Below, piece after piece: positions 13,135 to 25,408 of a stretch of DNA of 64,000 bases. The notes beneath the pieces were generated by a model. It did not search any database, was not told the origin of the DNA, and worked only from the letters and a program-made list of their open reading frames with translations. Source of the DNA: Squalus acanthias (taxonomy: Eukaryota); the NCBI GenBank assembly GCA_030390025.1, contig CM059432.1:88662001-88726000 (forward strand), written 5' to 3'. The position numbers and the translations under genes are program-made. Every line of letters starts with the position of its first letter. Position 1 is the stretch's first letter.

Positions 13135-13620
13135 CTTGGCCTACTCCTGCTCCTATTTCTTAAGTCCTTATGTTCTTCTGCAATGATGGAGTTACTAAAT
13201 TAGTAGTTTGCCTCTGTTTTCACAGAAGAGTATAGTAGTGAGAATGAAAAGGTACAAGAGAAAGATGTGTAATAATTACAGCTAGAGGAGTAATGGTGAA
13301 AAAACTGGTGGAGGTCAGTGTGGAAAAGGCACCAAGTCTGGATGGCATGCATTGTCGAATCGGAGAGGAAACAGCAGAGGTTCTGACCACAATCTTTCAA
13401 ATAGACTAGGACATGAACTGGAGAGTTGCCAATGTAACACCTCTGTTCAAAAGAGAAATAAATATAAAACTGGTAACTATAGACCAAAAAGCCTAATAAC
13501 ATTAGCAGAAAATTAATACTCACCTATGGAAACATGGGTTAATTAATGACAGCCAACATGGATTTGTAAAAGGAAAGTCAGGTCTGACAGATTTAATGGA
13601 GTTCCTTGAAGAAGTAACAG
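13135..13620 (+). mobile_element. CR1 3' tail followed by an older CR1 RT fragment
   Basis: GGCCTACTCCTGCTCCTATTTCT tail; then WRVANVTPLFK and QHGFVKGKSGLTDLMEFLEEVT. Confidence 0.7.
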
Positions 13621-13623
13621 TAA

Positions 13624-14124
13624 CACGAAGCCTTCATCCTGCGCCAGACCGGTGTGCCAGCATTCTTCCAGCCACCACATCAAGCTCATGGCTAGCTGCT
13701 GGGAGACAAGGGCTATCTGCTCTCCACCTGGCTCATGACTCTCCTCTGCAACCCCAGCACTCCTGGCCAGCACTCATACACTGAGAGCCATGCTGCCACC
13801 AGGAACATCACTGAGCAGACCATCGGGGTGCTTAAGCAACGGTTCTGCTGCCTTGACCACTCGGGAGGAGCCCTCCAGTACTCGGCTGATCAGGTGTCAC
13901 TTTTCATCGTTATCTGCTGCATGCTGCACAACTTGGCCATCACGAGGGCGCAGCCATTGCTACCAGGCATAGCCGCACCATCTCAGGAGGAGGTAGAGGG
14001 AGATGAGGAGGAGGAGGAGGAGGAACAGGAGCACGAACTGCAGCGACGGAGGAGGCCGCCACTCAATCGGCCTAGTGGAAGGGCGGTCTCATCAGACCGC
14101 CTCATCAGACTTCGGTTCCAATGA
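13624..14124 (+). pseudogene. Harbinger DDE transposase, C-terminal fragment
   Basis: LLGDKGY motif; HAATRNITEQTIGVLKQRFCCLD...CCMLHNLA; poly-E tail. Confidence 0.85.
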
Positions 14125-14289
14125 ATTCGAGGCCACTTCTCGGTTGCTCAGCACGACCCAATCATTCCATCAATTTCTCATTCCATACCACATCCCAAAG
14201 CTGAAATGAGACACAGCCCCAAATCTGCAACATTCCAATAATAAATTTATCCAAATTCAGGAACCACATATATACAACAACAATATTAA

Positions 14290-16125
14290 CAAATCACCCT
14301 TGTGCAAACCCCTACTTCCCCTCTTTACAGTGCCTTTTCCTAATCTACTGATCCTACATAGTGTCTCCCCAGTGGCTGCAGCAGGACTGGTGGAGGGTTG
14401 CTGATTGTCAGTGCTGGAGACTTCAGATGGCCTTGCAGGAAGCCCTCAACCAGCTCTGGGCCTGGAAGGCCCGGCTGTACACTGCGCCACCTCAGGATGG
14501 GCAGCGGCAGTCTGGGCTGGCTGGATGACAGGCAGCGACAAGTGCAATGGCGGAATGGCAGTGGTGGGAGCAGGAATGCTGTCATCCTGAGAGAGGACAG
14601 CAGGTTCCTGCTCCACTGACCCACTGCCACTCCCCCGGGGCAGCACCTCAACATCCCTACCAATCTGCTGGAGCACAGATTGGTGTCCTGCTGTGACACC
14701 GTGAGATCCCCTGCGGACTGTAGTCGACCCAGCCACGATGGCAGCAGTCAGAGCATGTGGGCATCAAGCTGAGACTGCATGAGTGCAGTCTGAGATTCGA
14801 TGCCACCAACCATTGACTGCATTACAGCACTAAGACGTTGTGTCGCCCATGACACGTGTCATGAGGTCTGGATCCGCACAGTCTCTCTGGGAGTCCACCA
14901 TCCTCTGCAGAGTGGAAATGATGGGCTCCATGGTGTGCGCAGAGCTTTGTGCAATGTTGGAGGCGGACTCCTCCATGCTGCTTACCATTGCGGAGAGGCT
15001 GTCGGGCACCCTTGCCATTGCACCTATCATCTCGGACTGCATGGCCATCACCCTTCTTGTGAACGCCTCCCCATCGAGGTCCTCATCTGAGTCCTGTGCA
15101 GCAGAACTCGGCCGCAAACTCGCCCTCTGGGAAGCTGGCTGCCGAGCTACCCTTTCCCCCTGACTTTGCTGCAGCCCACTCATCCGCGGTGCATCACCCA
15201 GTGCTAAACTTGCCTCTAAAGATCGCGTAGTGCCAGTATCTGAGATGGTGCATTTGGGTGAGAGATGCAGTGATGCGGTACTTTGTTCCTCCTCCTCTTC
15301 TCCTTCCTCACTCTCAGTGGGAGGCTCAGGGACAGGCTGGTCATCCAGTTACTGATTCTCTGAAAGCATAAAGGCACAAGACTCGCGTTAAGGTGAGGGC
15401 AGGGGGGCAGGAAGGGAGGAAGGAATGCAGACAGTATCAGGAGGTGGAAAGTGAGAAAGGTTTGTGGTGTGAGGGGGAAGTGGGATGAGAGAAGGAGAGG
15501 GGATGAAGATACCATTGTTGCTTCCAAGGGGGTCGACGTTGCCGACTGCCACACCACCTACCACCTGCTGCCGAATGAGTCACAGCACCCGCTCCTCCAG
15601 GTCTGAGAGCTGCTGGAGCTGCGCATCAACTCCGCCTGTTCTCTGCTGCTCCCTCCTATTCAGAGAAACGAATGTCTGTTAGTCAGAGCCCAGCTATCTG
15701 TTTGGGAGATATGCCTGCTGTAGTTGAATAGCTGTGAACGTAAGCAAGGTGTGAGATGTGGATGTGAGTTTAAGTAGGTTCAGATGCTTGGTGGGTGAGT
15801 GGTGGGGGTGTGGTGGTTTGTGCAGTGTGTACAGACTGAGGTTCAGATGCTGGTATGTAGGACCTGTTGAAGCACGTACTTACCTTGACCACCCGAGTGA
15901 GGTCGTTGAATTTCTTCTGGCCTGTGTCAGGCTGCGTATGACCACACTACTGGCCTAGACCTCCTGGGCCACTCTCCTCCACATTGCCCTGAAGACCTGG
16001 GGCAATGGCCTCCTTCCAGTGTCCGGGAACAGCACTGCTCTCCTTTGCTCCACTCCCCTGAACAATGCCTCCAATGCCTCATCCATGAAATGATGAGCTC
16101 TCTCCCTGGGAGTGGGATCAGCCAT
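14290..16125 (-). pseudogene. Harbinger Myb/SANT-like gene, degenerate
   Basis: Exon 1 16125-15884 (242 nt, frameshifted) with GTAAGT donor. Exon 3 peptides SSAAQDSDEDLDGEAFTRRVMAM and VLSQDDSIPAP. Confidence 0.8.
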
Positions 16126-16480
16126 CACGATCAGGGGATTGAGTTCCCTTGCAAGTTGCCTTCACAGCCAGCAATGCTGATAATGAGGACCTGCACAATG
16201 ATGCAACCTCCCCTTTAAGAGCTGGAAGGGGCCAGTGTGAAGGATCATTCCTGATTGCATAGCACCTGAAGTTCATTATCGCTCTGCTGGTAGCGCCTCT
16301 GTAGCGCCCTACTTAGGTCATTAGCGCTTGATTTAGCGCTCCAGTTCTTTCCAGGAGTGCTAACAGCCAATTTAGGGGAAGCTCAGGATCATTAGCGCCT
16401 GGCACTAATTTTTCACGATTTCAAAAATTAGCGCCCCAAACGGGGCGATAGCGAATTTCTCCCCCCGATATCCTATGTCA

Positions 16481-16858
16481 CACATCCCAATCTACCTTCA
16501 TGTTCACAATGTAATGGGAAATCCCTACCTCAAAAGAACCATGCTCCACAGTTAAAACACTTTCAGAAAAAGGTCTGTTTTCCCTCCCAAAAATGGCTGA
16601 GTCTCATTCAGAAATGTTAATAGTAATGATTTGTCCATGCACTATTAAATACAGAAAGAATGGTTTGCATACTGAAACAAACCAGCACCACCAATCATTT
16701 TGATGATGATATTTAAAAGTAAAATGATTGCTGGTGCTGGTTTGTTTCAGTATGCAAACCATTCTTTCTGTATTTCATAGTGCATGGACAAATCATTACT
16801 ATTTGAGGTAGGGATTTCCCATTACATTGTGAATATGAAGGCAGAGCCTTGGGATGTG
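16481..16858. repeat. Fold-back palindrome (83-bp inner stem, ~55-bp outer stem)
   Basis: 16619-16701 is the reverse complement of 16721-16803 (2 mismatches, 19-nt loop). 16481-16534 pairs with 16802-16858. Confidence 0.92.
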
Positions 16859-16859
16859 C

Positions 16860-17235
16860 ATCCCTCACTTCCTTTGCCCACCATTGGTGGCTGTGCCTTC
16901 AGCTGCCTAGACCCTCAGCTCTGGAATTCCATTCTTAAACCTCTCTGCCTCTCCACTAATGTAATATATAATATAAACAGAAAATGCTGGAGATACTCAG
17001 CAGGTCAGGTAGCATCTGTGAAGAGAGAAACAGAGTTAACATTACAGGTCGATGACCTTTCCACCCCTCTCTCCTCCTTTAAGACGCTGTTTAAAACCTC
17101 TTTGATCAAACTTTTGGTCACCTGTCCTAATGTCTCCTTCTTCGGCTCAGTGTCAATTTTTGTCTGATTCCTGTGAAGTACCTCGGGACGGTTTACTGCG
17201 TTAAAGGCACTATATAAATGCAGGTTTTAGTTGTT
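16860..17235 (+). mobile_element. L2-like 3' end with a Penelope P2 pLTR fragment (16975-17060, -) inserted
   Basis: TIGGCAFSCLDPQLWNS...LSSFKTLFKT peptide and GCACTATATAAATGCA tail; the internal piece matches 17361-17446. Confidence 0.7.
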
Positions 17236-17357
17236 AAATTAGAATGCAGTCCTTTTCAACACCAAGTCTTGCTTCAATTATTGAGATGAGAGTCTCTCTC
17301 TGCCAGCTGCCATGATTCCACATGAAATGTATTTTGCCAGTCTTAAATAATTTCCTA

Positions 17358-17963
17358 AAGTAAAAACAGAAAATGCTGGAAATACTCAGCAGGTCAGGCA
17401 GCATCTGTGGAGAGAGAAACAGATTAACATTTCAGGTCGACGACCCTGCGTCAGAACTGGAAAAAGCTGGAGATCGAACAGGTTTTTAAGCAAGTGTAGG
17501 GGCAGGGAAAGGGGGGAGGAGAGGAAAGAACAAAAGGGAAGGTCTGTGATAGGATGGAAGGCAGGAGAGATTAAGAGACAAAAGGGATGATGGTGCAAGG
17601 CAAAAGGAGATGGTAATGGGACAAGTTAAGAAACAAAAGATGAGTCTAGATGAAGTGTAAATGGCAATGGCAGAATCATCAACAGCTGCCATGTGAGATA
17701 AAAATTAAGGGCCGAGGTTATGGTCTGAAATTGTTGAACTCGATGTTGACTGCAGGAGGCTGTAAAGTGCCTAATCGAAAGATGAGGTGCTGTTCCTCGA
17801 GCTTACGTTGAGCTTCATTGGAACAGTGTAAGAGGCCATCGACCTGAAACGTTAACTCTGTTTTTCTCTCTACAGATGCTGCCTGACCTGCTGCGTATTT
17901 CCAGCATTTTCTGTTTTTATTTCAGATTTCCAGCATCCGCAGTATTTTGCTTTAGTATTTTTT
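17358..17963. mobile_element. Penelope-like element (family P2) with inverted pLTRs
   Basis: - strand encodes KLEEQHLIFRLGTLQP..VNIEFNNFR (GIY-YIG end). 17361-17440 is the reverse complement of 17839-17919. TSD TTAAATAATTTCCTA (17343-57) / TTAAACAATTTCCTA (17964-78). Decayed hammerhead at 17424-17457 (-). Confidence 0.82.
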
Positions 17964-19061
17964 TTAAACAATTTCCTAGTGTACATGGGTTAAAAGTATA
18001 AAACAGGCCATAATTTGGTACTAAACTGGCAACCTTACTGAGAGAGCACAAAAATAGCTACATGAAAACGGAAAAACAGAGTGATATCCTTTGGAGGTAG
18101 CATTAAGGCACAATTTAGGAGTGCGCCAGAATGGTTTAACTCTGACCTGGGAGTATTTCATGCTGACACTATTTGTCAAAAGTGAAAGAAGAGCTCATTC
18201 ATCAAAATTGACATTCCTCAATTTGATAAACACCAAGTTCATCAAAAATAAAATAAAATCCTCTGGATCATGTCACTCCTCTCCAGACTTCTTTTATATG
18301 ACTCCCAAACACAGAGAAATAGAAAGTGCTGAATATGATGTCGCATTTTTCTTTTAAATGCACAAAAACGTGCAGATTGCATTGGCATTAAGACATTTTG
18401 TCAAAAACATGCAATTGTCAATATATATGCATACACACACCCACACACAAACAAACAAGCATACGCATACTATGTATATATATATAAAATATAGGTTTGT
18501 CGTTTCATACATAATATCATTCTTTGGCCTTTAAACTACACTGCAAAAATGAGCATAAGTGTTTAGCACAATTATAACTCATTTATTTTAAAGGGTTTAA
18601 TTTCTCCATTGAAATAATAGAGCAAGGAATTGACATAAATGAGATAAGCATCTGTACGCTAATCTCTGCGCAGCATAATTTCAAATCCTCTCTAATAAAA
18701 GATTTTAAAAATGCCTTTTTTTGTTTTATTGTTCAATATTGCTTTCAGCACACAGGCGCGTACACCTGTACACAGCAAAACAAGACTGGGAGTTTCTTTC
18801 TCATTACATTAGAAGGCGCATCCATTCAAAAATTCAAGTGTCTTTGAAATTGTTTCCATAAAATTGTAGGAACATAATTATTCTGATGAATAGCAAAATA
18901 TTTACAATTAAAGAGCATTCTTTTAATCTCTGCATTATTTGTTCTGTTAAATGACATTGCAAGATTAATGTATTCATTGTGCTACTGTGGATTTTTTTAA
19001 ACCCAAATAATAATGAAGCATGGTAACTTTTTACTTATCCAAAAAACTGATTGGAAATATA

Positions 19062-19824
19062 GGCCCAGAAATTGGAGTTCGATGGTTGCCACGGGGGTAA
19101 GGATCCCCCGCGATATCGCACTCCGCGCCTACCTTTATGGTTTTGGCCCACACGAACTTCAGTTCCTGGGCCTCTCCCTGGTGCCGGCGCGCAGTGTGTG
19201 CGTGTCCCAGAGGCGCAGTTAGTGCGATGCGACCTCTGGGATCACGTGGGCCAGTTAGAGCCAATGGCAGCACACCATCTTTCATTCATAGTTTTGACAG
19301 GCAAGAGCTGTCAAAGCTATGAATACAACAAGCCCCCAAAAGAACAGCTAAACCTCAATTAAATTTAAAAAAAGCCATCACATTAATAAAATAGCTATAG
19401 TTAAATAAATTAACCACTTTAAACAAAAATTTAAATTTTTGAAAAAATTTAAATTCTTTTTAAAAGTTATAAAATTAAACTTACCTTTCTTTAAAGTCTC
19501 TAAAAAAGATAAACCTGTTGAAAAAAATTTAAAATAATACTTAATTAACTACTTACCTTGTTAAAAGGGGGTCTTATGCCTGCTTTCTTTATGTGAAATC
19601 TTCAACACTTACCTGCGCGTTCAAACCTGAAAAAAAAACTAAGTGTGCTGCGTGCGCGCAACCTGTAGTGCGCACGCGGTTCACTTAGGAACCGCCCCCT
19701 TTGCCATACACGAAGTGCCGGTTTCCCGCGCATGCGCAGTGCATGCAGGAAACCGGCACTTCGGGACCTGATACGCGAGAGTACACAGTGCGTACTCTCC
19801 CGCATTAGGTCTAATTTTCGGGCC
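19062..19824. mobile_element. 763-bp MITE family M1 copy 2, inverted relative to copy 1
   Basis: TIR GGCCCAGAAATT / GGCCCGAAAATT. TSD ATA (19059-61 / 19825-27). Near-identical reverse complement of 10477-11223. Confidence 0.9.
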
Positions 19825-20077
19825 ATAGAATAATACAGCACAGAAGACTATTCAGCACCCTGCCCTTTTCCCAAACCCTTTTAAAATTTGTACATAATCC
19901 CTTTTCCTATTTTCATGGGAAACATTGACTACAGTGCAAAATTCCTCTTTTAATAAAAAATGGGAGATTGCCTGTTTTCTTATATAATTACTCATCCACG
20001 AATGAAATTGCAGCAACATGTGATATTGAAATGTGCGATTTCTGAAAAAGATTCTACAGCATTGTGGTTAATATAAT

Positions 20078-21220
20078 GGCCCTGAATTCACGGTCGGTAT
20101 GACGGTGTACTCTCAGAGTACGGCGTCATACCACCTTTGAAATTGACCACAAGTTCGGGATTTGCGCATGTGCTAAATCACGACCTTGCGATCTGTCAAG
20201 TTCCGACTGCACGTTGGCTTCACTGCATGTTTCACCTCCTCATCCAAATCTGGCGAAAAGTTGGGCGAATTGTCCACCTACTGCGGAATCCTATTTAATT
20301 ACCCTGAAAATGTTTACGTCTGGTGCAAACAGGCGCAGGAGCCTGTTTGTTGCACAGCTTAAGGGGGGGCGGGGGGGGATGATGAGAAAATTGTATTAAT
20401 GTTGAGCTAGGTTTATGCTACAGCCCATAACAATGAGGCACTGGTTCATGTCTGAGCTTTGAACTTTGAAAGAAACTTTCATTTGTTTGAGTTTGAAAAC
20501 ACGGCCTTTTTGTGTCACCGTCTTTGCTGCCCAAAAGCCTTTTGTAGTTTCGGTTTAATTGTCTCCCAACTTCTATTTTGATAGGATTTAATTCACTTTC
20601 ATGATTTCCTCATGTTATCAGACATTTAAACTCTCAATTTTAGATTATTTAAATTAATCAAAAGTTAGTTAGTCTAATAGAAACGAATTCGATAGGACTA
20701 TAAGACTGTAATTGTCGGTTTATGTTGTCATGGCCCAGAATGAAAGGGCCGATGTTAATTCAGCTGCATGCTTTGTATAAAAGCATCCTAATCGAGATTT
20801 ATTGTATTATGGTCACCTTTAGTAAAAAGCATCTCAAGACTTTTCAGTGTTTGATCAAATTCTATTAATGTTGAAATCTTGGTTTGTGTATTAAATACTA
20901 TTGCAATTATGTAATTTATCAATAAAATAGCATTTCTAGCTGCTAAATGATTTAAAATGAGTTGTGGGCAAATCAGCGATCTCCTCTGTTTCCTGATTGG
21001 CCAAGTTTCAGGAAGTGAAAGGAGCACCGCCCCACGTGATTCCAGGTTCGCATAAGCACAACGGTGCGTTCCTGGGATCCGTGAGCCACTACGCTGCGCA
21101 CAACTCTGCAACATTTGAAAACAACTTCTCGAAGGGGGGTTCGTACGAGGTAAGTGCGGATTTCATTCGGATGTCGGCGGCGTACTCCTTAGCTACGCTG
21201 CCGACCGCGAATTCAGGGTC
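20078..21220. mobile_element. 1.14-kb non-autonomous Harbinger-type element
   Basis: 20-bp TIR GGCCCTGAATTCACGGTCGG / GACCCTGAATTCGCGGTCGG; flanks AAT / ATT; subterminal hairpins. Confidence 0.8.
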
Positions 21221-21375
21221 ATTATTCTTAGAGCTTTATACACCTAATGTCATTCAATGATACAAACATATGCTCACAAGATAACTACAGATGAGGATAG
21301 CCATTCAGCCATTTTAATTCTTCCATCCAGAGAGATCCTTAGGTTCCCCCTATTGTTGTAGTCAACGATTGTGGA

Positions 21376-22841
21376 TCACCCTGGAGGCACATCTTCAGCA
21401 TGCCTATTGCTTGCTCTATGACACATCTGGTGGCTCTCATTATAACGCTCCTCGGCCTCAGTACTTGGCTTCCTCAGGGGTGTCATGAGCCAAGTCTTCA
21501 GTGGATAGCCCTTGTCTCCAAGCAGCCAGCTGGTAAGTGTGTTTGGAGGTGCGAAGAGCTGAGGGAGGGTGGACTGGCGCAGCACGAAAGAGTCATGACA
21601 GCTGCCAGGGAATCTGGCGCACACATGCATAATCATCCTTTTTATGGTTGCAGACGAGCTGCACCTTGAGGGAGTGGAAGCTTTTGTGGTTCACAAACAC
21701 TCCTGGGTGATGATGGAGTGCCTTCATGACCACATGTGTGCAGTCGATGACACCCTGCACCTGTGGGAAAGCCAGCCAGAGCCGCAAAGCTGAGCGCCCG
21801 CTCAATAACACTGGCCTCATCAGTGGCAAAGTTGATATAATTGGCTGACTTGTCAAACATGGCATCAGTCACCTGGGTGATGCATCTGTGGGCAGCCGAC
21901 TGCGAGATCCTGCAAATGTCTGCTGCAGATCCCTGGAAGGAGCCTGAGGTGAAGAAGTTGAGGGCAGTGGTGACATTGACAGTCACTGGCAAGGAGTGTC
22001 CACCAGGACCTCTAGGCAGCAGGTCTTGTTCCAGCAAACTACAATTGTCTGCGATGACCTGGCACGATAGCCTGAGCCTCCTTTGGCACTGCTGCTCAGT
22101 CATGTTGAGGAAGCTCATCCTCTGTCTGTATACCCTGTGTTGGGGGTATCACCTTCGGTGCACCGCAGCCCTGTGGTGCCCCCTCTCTCCTGTGGAGCAT
22201 CAGGTCATTGAGGAGAAGGCTGCTGTTGTGGCTGCTGCTGTTGCTGCTGCTGGTGGGGCTCATCTTGGTCCGATTCTGAGGACCAAGGTGAGACAGTATA
22301 AGCAGCACCATATCTGATGTAGTAGTTGGCAGGTGAAGTAGTGATCAGAGGGACAATCCCTCAAGGTTCTAATACTGAGAAGCAATGTGCTGAGAGTGGC
22401 TTCCGAGGTTGCAGAAATGACCTGCAAACTCTGGAAACCTAAATCTGTGCACAGAATGGAGTCAGCAAGAGCCTTCCCTTAGGCAACTAATGAGGTGTAA
22501 GGTGTCTCTATTTATCGGTTATTCTCAGCTGTCAATTATTGCCCTCGAATAATGGCCACTGAGCTTCCGACTTCCCTTCACAGGCGAGGTTCTCGAGCTG
22601 AGTGCTTCCCGTGCTCATGCCATTCAATTCAGTAGCTGCAGTTAAAAAGCCTCTTAAGGGTCAGATAACAAGGATTTAACGACTTTAATTAGGTCATCCG
22701 CCTCTCCCGATTAACACGCCCAAGTTAAAGACGAGAGGAGGCAGGATGATGGGGGGTTCCCGATACGCTGCCTATTTTCGCTATTTTTATAGCTGACCTT
22801 CCTCCAAACCCGCACACATGGCAACGGGAAAATTCCGGCCC
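21376..22841 (-). mobile_element. Harbinger copy C (family 2-like), truncated; frameshifted transposase 22320-21376
   Basis: Peptides [40 protein letters not shown] and [10 protein letters not shown] in shifting frames. Terminal AAAATTCCGGCCC ends at 22841. Confidence 0.85.
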
Positions 22842-23917
22842 ATGGTCAATGTGATCTCCTGGACTGAGTTCGATCATCTGAGAGGGTCAGAGAGGAATTT
22901 TGCAAATTTATTTTTTCCCTTATTTTCCTAGTTTTTTGCCTCTCCCGGGAGATAACATGTCTGCCAGGTGTAGGACGTGTCTCGACACGATGTCATGGCG
23001 TTGATCGGGTGTGGGACATTTCTCCCCAAAAGTAGCCCTCATTGCGCCCTTTTCACGCTCCTAAAATGAGAGCACCAAGGTCCAAATTCTAATCCATGGA
23101 TTATGCAAATCATCTATTTTTCCTTCCTATGTGTAGCACTTTACACTTTTCTGCATTAAATTGCATCTGCCATTGCTCAGCCCACTTGCATATTATGTTC
23201 AGCTCCTTCTGAAATTTCTGAACGGCTTCTTTGGTATCATCTGCAAATTTTACTGCTTTGCATTGAGGATTTGAATCCAGGTAATTTATGTAAATTAGAA
23301 ACAGTAGTGGTCCCAGCAGTGAGACTTGAGGTACCCAACTCAGTTCTTACCCTTAGTCTGACATGACTCGTCCAATGAGTATTCATTGGGCTGGATTTTG
23401 CCAGGCCTGAGGAGGCGGGTTTGGAGGCGTGTGAGTTGTTAAAATTGCAAAAAATGGCGGGCGGATCCGATCCCGCCTCTAGCCCGCTTCTGGGCAATTT
23501 TCCCACAATCGGGGTTTCAGATCCCGTTTCCATCCCACCTCCAAGAGGCGGGATAGGCCCTTAAGGCCCTTAACAACCAGTTAAGTGCCTCTATAATCCC
23601 ATTTTGAGAGGACTTTCTGAATTTAACACATTTCCCCCATGCTGCATGTCTCCTCTGGAACACGCCAGTTAATCCTGGCGGCCTCACAAGTGGATGGCTT
23701 ACTAACAGCTGCAGCTCCACCATTAAAAAGGTGTTTCCAGCAATCATCATTTGCAGGTAGCAGAACTTTGTTGTCTCAGGTCTGGGGGAACGTTTAGCAG
23801 ACGTACTCATTGTTGTGGAAATTTGGAGCCTAAGACCCATCTCCAGTGTGACCTCCTGGGAAACCCCTCTCCCCACCTTGACTGAGCGCTTCCTCAACTG
23901 AGGTATATAGCAGAAGA

Positions 23918-25075
23918 ATGGGAAACATTTATTTCCTTTCCTCCTGGACATCAGATTCAGACGAAAACCAGCCGCAGCAGCAGCAGAACCCTGAGCAACA
24001 GCAGCACCAACTGCAGGAGCAACAACAGGAGCGCCAAGCTGCTGCTCACCCACCTGAAGCTGCACAGGCCAGAAGGCGCATGGAAGCACGTCGCCGCAGG
24101 AGATACCCCCAAAACAGGGTTTACAGACAGAGGATGAGCTACCTCAACATGACTGAGCAGCAGTGCCAAAGGAGGCTCAGACTTTCACGAGAGGTAGTGG
24201 GTGACATCTGCGCAATGCTGCAGCAAGACCTGGAGCCCAGAGAAGCGGGTGGACACCCCTTACCAGTGGCCGCCAAAGTCACCACTGCACTCAACTTTTT
24301 TGCTTCAGGCTCATTCCAGGAATCAACAGCAGACATCAGTGGCGTCTCCCAGGCGGCCGGACACACTTGCATCACGCAGGTTACCGATGCCCTCTTTGCC
24401 ATCGCGCACAATTACATCAACTTCTCCAAGGATCAAGCAAGTGTAACCGCGCGTGCGGTTGGGTTTGCGAATCTGGCAGGCTTTCCAAGGGTGCAGGAAA
24501 TCGTAGACTGCACACATGTGGCCCTTAAGGCATTCCATCACAATCCAGGTATTTTTGTCAACTGCAAGGGCTTCCACTCCCTCAACGTGCAGCTGGTGTG
24601 TGACAACAAGAAAGACATTTTGCATGTTTGCGCCAAGTACCCTGGCAGTTGCCATGACTCCTCCATCCTGCGCCAGTCTAGTGTGCCTCCGCTCTGCAAT
24701 CCGCCAGGCCAACTTTGCGGATGGCTACTTGGAGACAAGGGCTATCCCCTGAAGACAAAGCTAATGATGCCATTGAGGAGCCCATCCAACGAAGCTGAGG
24801 AGCGCTACAACTCCAGCCACATTTCCACCAGATCCATAATCGAGCAAACCATCGGCTTGCTGAAGATGCAATTCAGATGCCTTGATAGATCAGGTGGAGC
24901 CCTGCAGTACTCAGCAGCCAGGGTCTCCAGAATCATCGTGGTCTGCTGTGCACGTCACAACATGGCACAGCATCGTGGCTTGCAGCTGGCTGATCGCATA
25001 GCCTCCCCAGATGAGGAGGAGGAGCAGGAGGAGGAGGAGGAGAGTGACAACGAACAGCTTGCGGAGGCGCATTAA
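23918..25075 (+). CDS. Harbinger DDE transposase, uninterrupted 385-aa ORF with Q-rich N-terminus
   Basis: VDCTHV (D), [16 protein letters not shown] (D), IEQTIGLLK (E); HTH-like region [13 protein letters not shown]...ISGVSQ. Confidence 0.9.
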   Translation: MGNIYFLSSWTSDSDENQPQQQQNPEQQQHQLQEQQQERQAAAHPPEAAQARRRMEARRRRRYPQNRVYRQRMSYLNMTEQQCQRRLRLSREVVGDICAMLQQDLEPREAGGHPLPVAAKVTTALNFFASGSFQESTADISGVSQAAGHTCITQVTDALFAIAHNYINFSKDQASVTARAVGFANLAGFPRVQEIVDCTHVALKAFHHNPGIFVNCKGFHSLNVQLVCDNKKDILHVCAKYPGSCHDSSILRQSSVPPLCNPPGQLCGWLLGDKGYPLKTKLMMPLRSPSNEAEERYNSSHISTRSIIEQTIGLLKMQFRCLDRSGGALQYSAARVSRIIVVCCARHNMAQHRGLQLADRIASPDEEEEQEEEEESDNEQLAEAH

Positions 25076-25408
25076 CCAGCGGCAGCAGCACGTGAGTACA
25101 TTGCTGCCTGGGATGCAAGGGATGCACTCATCTTGGCCAGATTTGCTTAGCCTGCCCAATCAAACACTTTTGCCTCGCAGCTTCTTACTAGAGCATCGAC
25201 AATGGACAAGAACCTGCAGATTCCTATCACTCTGACCACCATACTGACAATTGGAAGTCACCCTAAGCCCTCAATTTGGGAGTCCCATTTGCAAAATGAC
25301 ACAGGCCACAACTTCAACAGTTTGCCATCAAATTTTTTTATCATCACAATTCACGGATAGCTTTTCAAAATTAAACACAACAGAACACCCAAGTGACTAC
25401 CCTTGTGA

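Larger units (their letters stand above)
13624..16465. mobile_element. Harbinger copy B (family 1), left-truncated
   Basis: Transposase 3' part (+) converging on the Myb gene (-). Right TIR AATTTCTCCCCC at 16454-16465. Closely similar to copies A and E. Confidence 0.88.
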
